The position numbers were made by a program, and so were the translations under genes. Under the pieces are notes generated by a model that saw only the letters and a list, made by a program, of their open reading frames with translations, ran no database searches and was not told the origin of the DNA. Of a stretch of DNA of 36,402 nt, positions 27,370 to 36,402 are shown one piece after another. Position 1 is the first letter of the stretch. Every line of letters begins with the position of its first letter. This DNA comes from an uncultured bacterium (GTDB taxonomy: Bacteria > Patescibacteriota > Minisyncoccia > Phycocordibacterales > UBA2163), in assembly GCA_913041175.1 (NCBI GenBank), contig CAJWGW010000003.1, forward strand, positions 1 to 36,402, read 5' to 3'.

Positions 27370-29159
27370 ATCTGCTTGTCCTTGCCTTCAACATCCAGCA
27401 TCTTTTTCAGAACATCTTCAGGAACTTCTTTTTTTGGAGTTACTTCATCTATTACTTTATCTTGTGTTTTATTTTTAGAATTCTTGGTTGGATTTGAATT
27501 TGGCCATTTTTTAAAAGGCTTGCCATGTGCTCCGGCAAAAGGTTCATAATCTGAACTTTTTTTGTTTTCTTTTTGTGCTTGAACATCCTCGTCTTTACCA
27601 TTCATAACAGACGCAAGAGCTTTTTTTAAGTCTGATCTATTTTCTTTGCTTGGTTCTTTTTTTGTCTTAGGTATTATTTTTGGAGAAGTTTTGAGCTCAT
27701 TTAGTGAAACTACTTTCTGTGGCATTACTTTAGGGCCAACTGGTACTTCCTTTTTAAGAGTTTGTGTTTGTTTTAATTGAGCTTCTGTAAGTGGTGGAAG
27801 TTCTGTCTTGTTTTGCGGTGGTTTTTTAACAGTTTCTGTCGTTTTTGCTTTTGGTTTTGATGGAGGAACAATAGGTTCGTACCACAGCTTTATATTATCT
27901 TCAACAAGAGCACGCGGCCTGCCATAGTGCTCACGAGAAAATGTCATAACTTTTTCTTTAATAGATACGTGTTTTGGTTCAATAGGAGCAAGTGAGGTAG
28001 CAGAAAATGGTGCAGATGAAACACCATCTATCATTAACTTCAAATACATTTGAATGAAGCCGAGATTTACCAAATCCTCTGCAGTAAATGTCGGCATATA
28101 TTCTTTTTCTAAAACTTCTGCGTCAATCGCACCAACACGAAATGTAATCATAGTACCCACGTTACCAAACACTGCGTCCCTTACTTCCTCCGTCATCTGT
28201 TCTATATATTGATGCGCAATCGTAAGATTGAGCTTGTATTTTCTCGCTTCTGATAAGATATCCGCAAACGACTTGTTTGCAAATGATTGAAACTCGTCAA
28301 CATAAAGAAAAAAGTTTGGTAAATTTTCTTTAACTACAGCTGATACATCAGCTCTTGACATCGCTGCCAAATAAATTTTTGTAATGAGCATACTTCCAAG
28401 AAGGTTCACGTTACCTTCACCCACTCTTCCTTTTGATAAGTTAATAATAAGTATCTTTTTATTGTCCATCATTTCTCTTATATCAAAAGACGACTTTGGT
28501 TGTCCTATGATATTTCTCATAAGAGAGTTTGAAGTAAACTGCCCGACTTTGTTCTGGATTGCAGCTGATGCCTCAACCGCAAACCTGCCACTATATTTTT
28601 CAAATTCATCTACCCAAAAAGATTTGACGGATGGATCTTGTACATTATCCACTACTTTTTTTCTATAATTCTTATCAGACATCATCCTGTTGATACCTAA
28701 AAGTGTAGAATCAGGATATTCAAGAAGCGCTAAGATTGTGTTATTCAAAATATACGCCATTCTCGCTGACCATGCGTCTTCCCAAATCTTCTCAAATACA
28801 CTCATAAGACCACTTACGACAAGATGCCGTTTGTCTGGCTCTACATTTTCCATCACATTAAAAGAAACCGGGTGTTCCAAATCAAATGGCGCAAAATAAA
28901 GCACGTCTTGAATACGTTCTTCTGGAATATGTTCAAGTAATGTCTCTGCAGATGAACCATGCGGGTCAAAAAAAGCAAGACCTTCTCCGTTTTGAATATC
29001 CTGAATGGCCATGTTCTCCAAAAGCACCGACTTACCCATTCCGGTCTTACCAATGACATACACGTGCTTTAGTCTATCTTTTGCCTTTATGCCGAATTTT
29101 ATTTTTTTGCCACGAAAGTCCGTAGAGCCAAAAAATGTAGTTCGTTCTTTGTGATTCAT
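27366..29159 (-). CDS. VirD4/TraD/HerA-like P-loop ATPase with a low-complexity C-terminal tail
   Basis: HVYVIGKTGMGKS (Walker A), DPHG, LYVDEFQ (Walker B), LSEARKY, AHQY..Q, GNVGT..FRVG. Confidence 0.85.
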   Translation of the reverse strand: MNHKERTTFFGSTDFRGKKIKFGIKAKDRLKHVYVIGKTGMGKSVLLENMAIQDIQNGEGLAFFDPHGSSAETLLEHIPEERIQDVLYFAPFDLEHPVSFNVMENVEPDKRHLVVSGLMSVFEKIWEDAWSARMAYILNNTILALLEYPDSTLLGINRMMSDKNYRKKVVDNVQDPSVKSFWVDEFEKYSGRFAVEASAAIQNKVGQFTSNSLMRNIIGQPKSSFDIREMMDNKKILIINLSKGRVGEGNVNLLGSMLITKIYLAAMSRADVSAVVKENLPNFFLYVDEFQSFANKSFADILSEARKYKLNLTIAHQYIEQMTEEVRDAVFGNVGTMITFRVGAIDAEVLEKEYMPTFTAEDLVNLGFIQMYLKLMIDGVSSAPFSATSLAPIEPKHVSIKEKVMTFSREHYGRPRALVEDNIKLWYEPIVPPSKPKAKTTETVKKPPQNKTELPPLTEAQLKQTQTLKKEVPVGPKVMPQKVVSLNELKTSPKIIPKTKKEPSKENRSDLKKALASVMNGKDEDVQAQKENKKSSDYEPFAGAHGKPFKKWPNSNPTKNSKNKTQDKVIDEVTPKKEVPEDVLKKMLDVEGKDKQI

Positions 29160-29171
29160 ACTAAAAGTATA

Positions 29172-30395
29172 TTACATATCTTTTAATAGTGCATCTTTTG
29201 TATAGATATTCGCAGGGTCCCACAACATCCAGCTATCAAGTCCTGCATCATAGACAGCCTGGATCTGCGCGCGGACTTCTGCAATGCCGTAGTTGCCACC
29301 ATAATCAAAATCCTGGAGCCACGGGCGTATTTTGCTTGGAGATGTGCTTGCTTCATTCATCCGCCTCACTGCTTGATCCATTGAATATTTGATAACTCCG
29401 TATACTTCTTTGTTTGGATTAGGATACCCATTAAAGCCATTCGGGTAGTGCGACGGATATGTCATGGGGGCAATGTAGTCAAAATATGGCTCTGCGTATT
29501 CAAGTACTTGCCCTATATTTAAATCGTCTGGGTTTGTAGTAACCATTCCAAACATATCAGCAGAAAGTACTGCACCTGTACTTTTCATTTCTTTAGCCAA
29601 GTATTTGAAAAAGTCACGCATTATTTCTGCTTTCCCATAATTAGGGTCAGCCATAACCCTCTCTTCACTAAACGGATATTTTATATCATTCATATCACCA
29701 TCTGATGGAAATCTTATGTAGTCAAAATTAAGCTCATCAAAACCATTTGCATAAGCTTCTTTTGCAATAGCTACCGTGTAGTCCCATACTTCTTTAGAGC
29801 CAGCATCAAGCCACGAGATGCCTTTATAGTCCTCCCAAATTCCTCCGTCGCTCTCTCGCTTCACCGCAAACTCTGGATGCATAGATACAAAATGTGGGTC
29901 TTGAAAAACTGATATTCTCCCCATCACGTAAATATTTTTTTCGTGGAGTCGTTTTATAAATTCACGAACATCTGGAATACGATTTTCAACTGCTTCTTCT
30001 TTTTGAAGTGCAGGATCATCTACTTTAAAAGCAATCTTGCCTGTATAGTCCTTGATATCAATAATGATTGCATTAATCTCTGTCTCATCAGCAATTTTTA
30101 CAAGTTTCTCTCTGAAACTTGGAGTGCCTGCAACCCAACTTGTCATATAGATTGCTTTTACGGCTTTCGGTGTATCTATGTGCGATGCGACAAATTTTTC
30201 TTCAATTACCTCTGCGTCTTTTTCTTTATTAATGTATTCAGCTGAATAAGTTAGACCAGAACTTACTCCTATGTATTTAGTAGGAAGAATATTAGGTAAA
30301 CCAAAATATGCAGCAGAAAAAAATACAGCAGTCAAAATACCGATTACAAAAAATTTTATTTTACTTCCTTTATTATTTCTCCTTTTTCTTTTCAT
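29172..30395 (-). CDS. Membrane-anchored putative glycoside hydrolase (DUF4015-like)
   Basis: N-terminal TM, KAIY.T, IDIKD..G, RISVFQD, GFDELNFDYIRFP, PMTYPSHY, RPWLQDF; start uncertain (30395 or 30401). Confidence 0.8.
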   Translation of the reverse strand: MKRKRRNNKGSKIKFFVIGILTAVFFSAAYFGLPNILPTKYIGVSSGLTYSAEYINKEKDAEVIEEKFVASHIDTPKAVKAIYMTSWVAGTPSFREKLVKIADETEINAIIIDIKDYTGKIAFKVDDPALQKEEAVENRIPDVREFIKRLHEKNIYVMGRISVFQDPHFVSMHPEFAVKRESDGGIWEDYKGISWLDAGSKEVWDYTVAIAKEAYANGFDELNFDYIRFPSDGDMNDIKYPFSEERVMADPNYGKAEIMRDFFKYLAKEMKSTGAVLSADMFGMVTTNPDDLNIGQVLEYAEPYFDYIAPMTYPSHYPNGFNGYPNPNKEVYGVIKYSMDQAVRRMNEASTSPSKIRPWLQDFDYGGNYGIAEVRAQIQAVYDAGLDSWMLWDPANIYTKDALLKDM

Positions 30396-30603
30396 GCCCA
30401 TTATCAACATATGCATCGGCTCCATTTCCTCCAAATCTGAAATTGTCTCTACTTGATGACTCACTTCTTATAAGCAGTGTCAAAGTCACAACTGCAAAAC
30501 CTGATATAACGAAGAGTAGTGTCCTCCAAAAACCAGGAAATCCTAAGAATGGCAGGATTATAATCCAAATGCCGAGAGTTATTATTATTGTATATTTGCT
30601 CAT
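30373..30603 (-). CDS. Small two-TM membrane protein
   Basis: LGIWIIILPFLGFP..W pattern, 9 nt after murC. Confidence 0.7.
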   Translation of the reverse strand: MSKYTIIITLGIWIIILPFLGFPGFWRTLLFVISGFAVVTLTLLIRSESSSRDNFRFGGNGADAYVDNGHEKKKEK

Positions 30604-30612
30604 AATTGAATT

Positions 30613-31899
30613 TTAAATAAGATTTTCCGCTATCTTATAAATATCTCCTGCTCCCATCGTTATTATAATATCACTTTTTTGGGTATTGTCTTTGAGATAT
30701 TGTTCTATTTCGCTAAAATCGCTATATGCCCTCGCATTTGAGCCATTCTTCTTGATTTCCTCTGCAAGAATCTGTGAACTGATGTTTGGGTCGTTTTTCT
30801 CACGCGCCGCATAAATTGGCGCAACAAGTATATCGTCTGCATCCTTGAAACTTTGCGCCATATCATTTAGAAGTAATTTTGTTCTGCTGTAGAGATGTGG
30901 TTGGAAAGCGATGATTATTTCCTGATTTGGGAACTTCTCGCGCGCGGCGCGAAGCGCCGCGCGGATTTCCGTCGGATGATGCGCATAGTCATCGTACACT
31001 TCTGCACCGTTTATCGCAGTTCCTTTATATTCAAACCTTCTCCAGACACTTTCAAATTCTTGAAGTGAAGAAATCGCTTTTTGTTTTTTAACTTTTAAAA
31101 TCTCTAGAACTGCAAACGCCGCTTTTGCATTCTCCAGATTATAAACTCCTTCAACTTTCAAATCTTTAATGTTTTCTACTTTTGTATAATCTACTATTTT
31201 GCATTTTGCATTTTTAATCACGGGTTTTATTTTTTCATCGTTAGGATTACAAACAAGAAAATTATCCTCGCCGAGCTTGCTCACAAGCTCGGTAAATGCA
31301 TTTTGAATATCAGCGAGGTCTTTATAGTAATCCAGATGATCTTCATCAATATTTGTAATTACAAGAATGTTTGGTTTTAAATCTAAAAACGACCTCTTGT
31401 ATTCACACGCTTCTACTATAAACAAATCTCTGTCACCAACAATCAAATTACTTCCAGAGTCCTTCAATAAACTTCCTACGATTACAGTTGGGGAAAGTTC
31501 TGCATCTACTGCAACTTTTGCGAGCATTGCTGTTGTTGTGGTCTTACCGTGTGTTCCTGCGACTGCGACTGTATAGTATCCATCAGAGATACTTCCAAGC
31601 ATTTGTGAATATGTTTTCGTTTCAATCCCCAATTCTTTTGCTTTTACAAATTCTGGATTGTCAGAATCTATCGCGACAGTATAAACAACTAAATCAGTAT
31701 CGTCTGCAAGATTTTCAGCAGAGTGCTTGTCAAAAATCTTAGCACCTTCTTCTTCAAGCGCTTTTGTGATTTCGGATTCATCTATATCAGAACCGCTCAC
31801 AATCTTGTCTTTCTGCAACATCATCCTTGAAATAGCAGAAACGCCAATCCCGCCGATACCGATAAAATGCACTTTATTTATATTTTCTAAATCAAGCAT
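30613..31899 (-). CDS. murC: UDP-N-acetylmuramate--L-alanine ligase
   Basis: HFIGIGGIGVS, AGTHGKTTT, VEACE, DHLDYY, DDYAHHPTE, FQPH.YSRT, MGAGD. Confidence 0.97.
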   Translation of the reverse strand: MLDLENINKVHFIGIGGIGVSAISRMMLQKDKIVSGSDIDESEITKALEEEGAKIFDKHSAENLADDTDLVVYTVAIDSDNPEFVKAKELGIETKTYSQMLGSISDGYYTVAVAGTHGKTTTTAMLAKVAVDAELSPTVIVGSLLKDSGSNLIVGDRDLFIVEACEYKRSFLDLKPNILVITNIDEDHLDYYKDLADIQNAFTELVSKLGEDNFLVCNPNDEKIKPVIKNAKCKIVDYTKVENIKDLKVEGVYNLENAKAAFAVLEILKVKKQKAISSLQEFESVWRRFEYKGTAINGAEVYDDYAHHPTEIRAALRAAREKFPNQEIIIAFQPHLYSRTKLLLNDMAQSFKDADDILVAPIYAAREKNDPNISSQILAEEIKKNGSNARAYSDFSEIEQYLKDNTQKSDIIITMGAGDIYKIAENLI

Positions 31900-31908
31900 A
31901 CTTCAATA

Positions 31909-33189
31909 TTATAGACTATTTACCAAACTATTAAATTGTTCTCCCCTATCATATTCATTCTTAAACATTCCAAATGATGCAAACGCAGGGCTGAAAAGGA
32001 TTGTATCGCCTTTTTTTGCCTCTTTCATCGCAAGCTTTACTGCACTCTTGAGACTATTTGCTTTTTTATATTCAAATTTTAGATTTCTCAACTTCTTCGT
32101 TCCCGTACCGTCAAGTAATATTACTGATTTGGTAAATTTAGGAATTTCTTTCAAGAGTGCTTTCATATCAAGACCTTTATCCGCACCTCCAACAATCAAA
32201 ACAGTGTTTTGATTGTTGCCTACCGCTCTAAGTGCAGCGACAGTTGCATCCGGAGTTGTTGCAGTGGTGTCATTGTAGATTTTAATACCCCGAATTGTTT
32301 TTATAAGTTCCAGTCTTCCTTCAACTCCTTTGAAGTTCTCCATTGTCTTTTTGATTATTCTCTGCGATACACCAGCCACGCTTGTCGCATCTCTAGCAAG
32401 TGCGGCATTTTTTCTATTATGCTCACCTGCAATCTTTAGCCTCCAGTTTTTTGGAAGTGACTTTGGAACGATTGATTTTCTTTTAATTTTTTTAGCGATT
32501 TCTTTTCCTGCAATCAAATAATCGCCTTTTTTTTGATATTTATAAATATTCGCCTTGTCTTTGAAATACTTAGCCATACTGCCCTTGTAGTAATTCATAT
32601 GATCAGGAAGTAGGTTTGTAAACACAGCAATGTGCGGACTGATTTTACTATCACCAAATCCCTGTAGTTGCCATGAATCAAGCTCCATTACCACAGTATC
32701 GCCCTTTTTTACTTTTCCCAAAAGTGCAAGAGTTGAAACACCTTTTATGTTGCCACCCAAAAAAACTCTTTTTTTAGCTTTTTTGAGAATTTGATAAATC
32801 ATATACGTAACTGTCGTCTTACCTCTTGTTCCTGTAACGCCGATTATCTTTGCACCCGAGAGTTTGGTAAACAAAGACGCACTCATCTCAATTGGAATTT
32901 TATTTTTCTTTGCTTCTTTTATATATGGAGAATCAAGAGGAACACCTGCTGATTTCAAAATCATATCTCTCCTTCTAAAATCCTGCAGTTTGTGCTTTCC
33001 GAGAGTGTACTTTATGTTTTTAAATCTTTTTAGCCTATCTAAAGAGGTTTTGAGCTGTTTTTTAATTTTTAAGTCAATAACTATCAAATCCGCTCCATTT
33101 TTCGCCAGAAATTCAGCATCTCCTACACCACGCCCCAAAAGCCCGAGTCCCATGACCGTTATTTTTTTATCTTTAAAATAGTCCTCCAC
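31909..33189 (-). CDS. murD: UDP-N-acetylmuramoyl-L-alanine--D-glutamate ligase
   Basis: MGLG, GVTGTRGKTT, ELDSWQL, DHMNY, NDT.ATT, SPAFASF.MF.N..DRG..F. Confidence 0.95.
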   Translation of the reverse strand: MEDYFKDKKITVMGLGLLGRGVGDAEFLAKNGADLIVIDLKIKKQLKTSLDRLKRFKNIKYTLGKHKLQDFRRRDMILKSAGVPLDSPYIKEAKKNKIPIEMSASLFTKLSGAKIIGVTGTRGKTTVTYMIYQILKKAKKRVFLGGNIKGVSTLALLGKVKKGDTVVMELDSWQLQGFGDSKISPHIAVFTNLLPDHMNYYKGSMAKYFKDKANIYKYQKKGDYLIAGKEIAKKIKRKSIVPKSLPKNWRLKIAGEHNRKNAALARDATSVAGVSQRIIKKTMENFKGVEGRLELIKTIRGIKIYNDTTATTPDATVAALRAVGNNQNTVLIVGGADKGLDMKALLKEIPKFTKSVILLDGTGTKKLRNLKFEYKKANSLKSAVKLAMKEAKKGDTILFSPAFASFGMFKNEYDRGEQFNSLVNSL

Positions 33190-33253
33190 CCAATGAGTAT
33201 AATATAAAACAAAAGAGAGGTCACTTGTGTTAGAATATTACTAATGATAGCCC

Positions 33254-33282
33254 TTGACTTTTTTAATAAAGTAGTTTATAAT
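33254..33282 (+). promoter_or_regulatory. Near-consensus sigma70 promoter of the 3D-domain cassette
   Basis: TTGACT-N17-TATAAT; boxA-like TTATCTTTAAA at 33302-33312. Confidence 0.75.
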
Positions 33283-33341
33283 AGTAGAAGATAAAATAGA
33301 GTTATCTTTAAATCGTTAACGGAAATTCTAGAGGGATGATT

Positions 33342-33728
33342 ATGAGAAAGTTTCTATTATTGATTTTCACAATTTTTGTAATTACTGTTTTTTGCCACAC
33401 AGAGAAAGCAACTGCCGAAACGCTGAACATGCTGGTAACAGCATATTGTCCTTGTGAAAAATGTTGTGGAGAATCAAGTGATGGTAGAACATCAAAAAAC
33501 GATGATGCTTACATTTGCGACGGTGTTGCAGCTGATCCAAAAGCTATTCCGTACCGCACAAAATTAAAAATTCCAGGAGCTGGGATCAAAGAAGTGGACG
33601 ACACAGGTGGTGCTATGAGGCAATCTTGGAGGAAGAAAGGAATCTATCATATAGATTTGAGATTTTCAAACCATCAGGATGCACTGAACTGGGGTAGACA
33701 ACAACTTGATGTAGAAATATTAAAATAA
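33342..33728 (+). CDS. Secreted 3D-domain protein (MltA-like / cell-wall lytic fold)
   Basis: Signal peptide, VTAYCPC..CC, VAADP..IP, DTGGA, IDL, A..WG; AGAGGG upstream of ATG 33342. Confidence 0.9.
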   Translation: MRKFLLLIFTIFVITVFCHTEKATAETLNMLVTAYCPCEKCCGESSDGRTSKNDDAYICDGVAADPKAIPYRTKLKIPGAGIKEVDDTGGAMRQSWRKKGIYHIDLRFSNHQDALNWGRQQLDVEILK

Positions 33729-33739
33729 ATAGAGCAACG

Positions 33740-33776
33740 AAGGGTGACGAAGTTTTAACTTCAGTCACCCTTTTTT
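33740..33776 (+). terminator. Intrinsic terminator (probably bidirectional, shared with tRNA-Ile)
   Basis: AAGGGTGAC-GAAGTT/AACTTC-A-GTCACCCTT followed by a T-tract. Confidence 0.8.
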
Positions 33777-33782
33777 ATTTTG

Positions 33783-33856
33783 TGCGAGTGCTAGGAATCG
33801 AACCTAGGACCTCATCCTTATCAGAGATGCGCTCTAACCAACTGAGCTACACTCGC
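33783..33856 (-). tRNA. tRNA-Ile(GAT)
   Basis: GCGAGTG/CACTCGC-A acceptor, CATCT-CTGATAA-GGATG anticodon arm, GGTTCGATTCC; CCA not encoded; own promoter TTGCCC-N17-TACCAT upstream. Confidence 0.95.
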
Positions 33857-33938
33857 AATAGCAAAATGGTACCAAAAAATAAGGGTTCGGGCAATTATTG
33901 ATTTATAAAATTTTGAAATAAGAAAACCGAGAAATATA

Positions 33939-34222
33939 TCATTCCTCGGTTTTTAGTACTTCTTTCACCTTTTCCCAGTACTTTTTTGTACTGGGCTTCT
34001 TGTAACCATTTGGCCCGCCGTTCCATATGCGAGCCATGTCTTGAAGAGTTGGTTCTCTTCCAATCCTTCTTTCAATAGCGTAATAATCAATATATTCTCT
34101 GCAGATGGCTATCGAACGTATGCAGATACCAAGACGACAAAAAACATAAAGAGCAAACAAATAAATAACCAAAAAAAACAGTCGTATAAAATACCGACAA
34201 GAGATAACAATGTTTTTAGCAT
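33939..34222 (-). pseudogene. Disrupted lysozyme-like (i-type/destabilase-like) gene
   Basis: AAGGAGG-led ATG 34222 gives a 37-aa hydrophobic peptide. The ARIWNGGPNG...T..YW.KV C-terminal half is in the -1 frame, and the catalytic N-half is not visible. Confidence 0.65.
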
Positions 34223-34263
34223 TATTCGCCTCCTTTTATTTTGCTATAAATATAACTTTGTCT

Positions 34264-34406
34264 AGGATATCACATTTATATTATTTTGTCAATACTTTGA
34301 CATATATGGTGATGGTGATAAAGTGAAATTAGCTATATATTAGGCAATACAGCTTATTAGTGGTTTTTAGAAAGTACTTGACAAAATAATATAAACATGA
34401 TACGCT
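34264..34406. promoter_or_regulatory. Divergent pair of near-identical sigma70 promoters
   Basis: - strand TTGACA-N17-TATCCT (34292-34264) and + strand TTGACA-N17-TACGCT (34378-34406), both with extended TG; a third TTGACA-N16-TAAAGT lies at 34297. Confidence 0.7.
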
Positions 34407-34524
34407 GTTTACTTATATCTTATTACAAGATGTAGTAAGTGTTCTTTTTAATTAATATTCTTCGGAAGGAAGATAAATTATTATTTAAGTTTTTTGGCCT
34501 TTTTTTGAAAGGGAGGTGAGAAAG

Positions 34525-34971
34525 ATGTTAGCAATATCTAAGAAGAGAAATTGGTTTTTATCAATAGTATTCTTCTTCGGGTTAGGGCTATTGGGACTCA
34601 CAGGATGTGAAACCTACGAGAATGTAGGGGGCGGCTCTGCAATTGGCGCAGGACTTGGTGCCTTGGTGGGCGCAGCTGTGGGTGATACTGCCGCAGGTGC
34701 AGCAATAGGGGCTGGAATTGGTGCTGTCGGAGGCCTAGCAAAAGATAATATGGAGATCCGACAAGAAAATCGTGCTAACCAAGCTCAAAGTAATATCAGA
34801 CTGCGCGATTTAGAAGTAAACGCCGAGATTGACAGGCAAATCAGAATACTCAAAGCGCAAGGATACACAGCGGATAAATACGTGTATAGCGCAGTAAGGG
34901 GAATAGACGGTGGAATAATTGTCAATCCCATCGAAAGAAGCGGGGTTCCTAAAACAGAGGTTTATAAATAA
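34525..34971 (+). CDS. Glycine-zipper lipoprotein
   Basis: Signal peptide with lipobox LTG|C, GxxxG zipper GSAIGAGLGALVGAAVG..AGAAIGAGIGAVGG; GGAGGTG 6 nt before ATG 34525. Confidence 0.85.
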   Translation: MLAISKKRNWFLSIVFFFGLGLLGLTGCETYENVGGGSAIGAGLGALVGAAVGDTAAGAAIGAGIGAVGGLAKDNMEIRQENRANQAQSNIRLRDLEVNAEIDRQIRILKAQGYTADKYVYSAVRGIDGGIIVNPIERSGVPKTEVYK

Positions 34972-34995
34972 TATAAACAAATTCAAAAAGAGATT

Positions 34996-35030
34996 ACCAC
35001 TTCCATGAGGTTTATGGAAGTGGTTTTTTT
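34996..35030 (+). terminator. Intrinsic terminator
   Basis: ACCACTTCCAT/ATGGAAGTGGT stem followed by a T-tract. Confidence 0.85.
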
Positions 35031-35185
35031 ATTCATATTCTTTCTTTTGTTTCGTTCTATTGGTCTTTCCCAAATGCCAGATTGCTTTTAAGATATTCAA
35101 TCATAATCTTTTCTGAACTCGATCGAGATCCAGAAAACCGACTCAATAAGTCCAATCTACATAATATGTAAATGAACGGGTTCCG

Positions 35186-36402
<1,217 letters not shown>

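Noticed and set aside
2284-33181. Many antisense or alternate-frame ORFs in the track (e.g. 3274-3873, 7275-7730, 15161-15835, 23220-23648, 31727-32212)
   Set aside because: They lie within well-supported genes on the opposite strand or frame and show no motifs; shadow ORFs.

Overview
AT-rich bacterial chromosome segment with the hallmarks of a Patescibacteria/CPR (Parcubacteria-like) genome. It carries a secretin-less type IV pilus cluster (pilin, pilC, pilT, response regulator, pilB, pilMNO) divergent from comF; nagZ-like GH3, recG, ftsH-ssrA-smpB and infC-rpmI-rplT; a split spc block lacking rpmD (rpsN to secY-adk-map, then ndk); a VirD4/HerA-like ATPase; murC/murD; three tRNAs; and the 3' ~1.2 kb of a 16S rRNA gene not followed by 23S. 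The strongest signal is a two-class gene-expression architecture. The 16S 3' tail has lost the canonical anti-Shine-Dalgarno (GGAUUAUUUCC instead of GGAUCACCUCC), and at least 13 core genes have a -10 hexamer only 6-8 nt before the start codon (leaderless-like). Interspersed small accessory cassettes instead have full -35/-10 promoters, often a boxA-like motif, Shine-Dalgarno motifs and their own terminators, and several encode cell-envelope-acting proteins. Also seen: a rare tRNA-Ile(UAU) resembling the tRNA-Ile(GAU), a compact 6S-like RNA, a GC-rich element that folds with DNA-type GNA loops and tandem G.A pairs, and an uncalled DnaJ-type zinc-finger ORF. All calls were made by eye; no searches were run.
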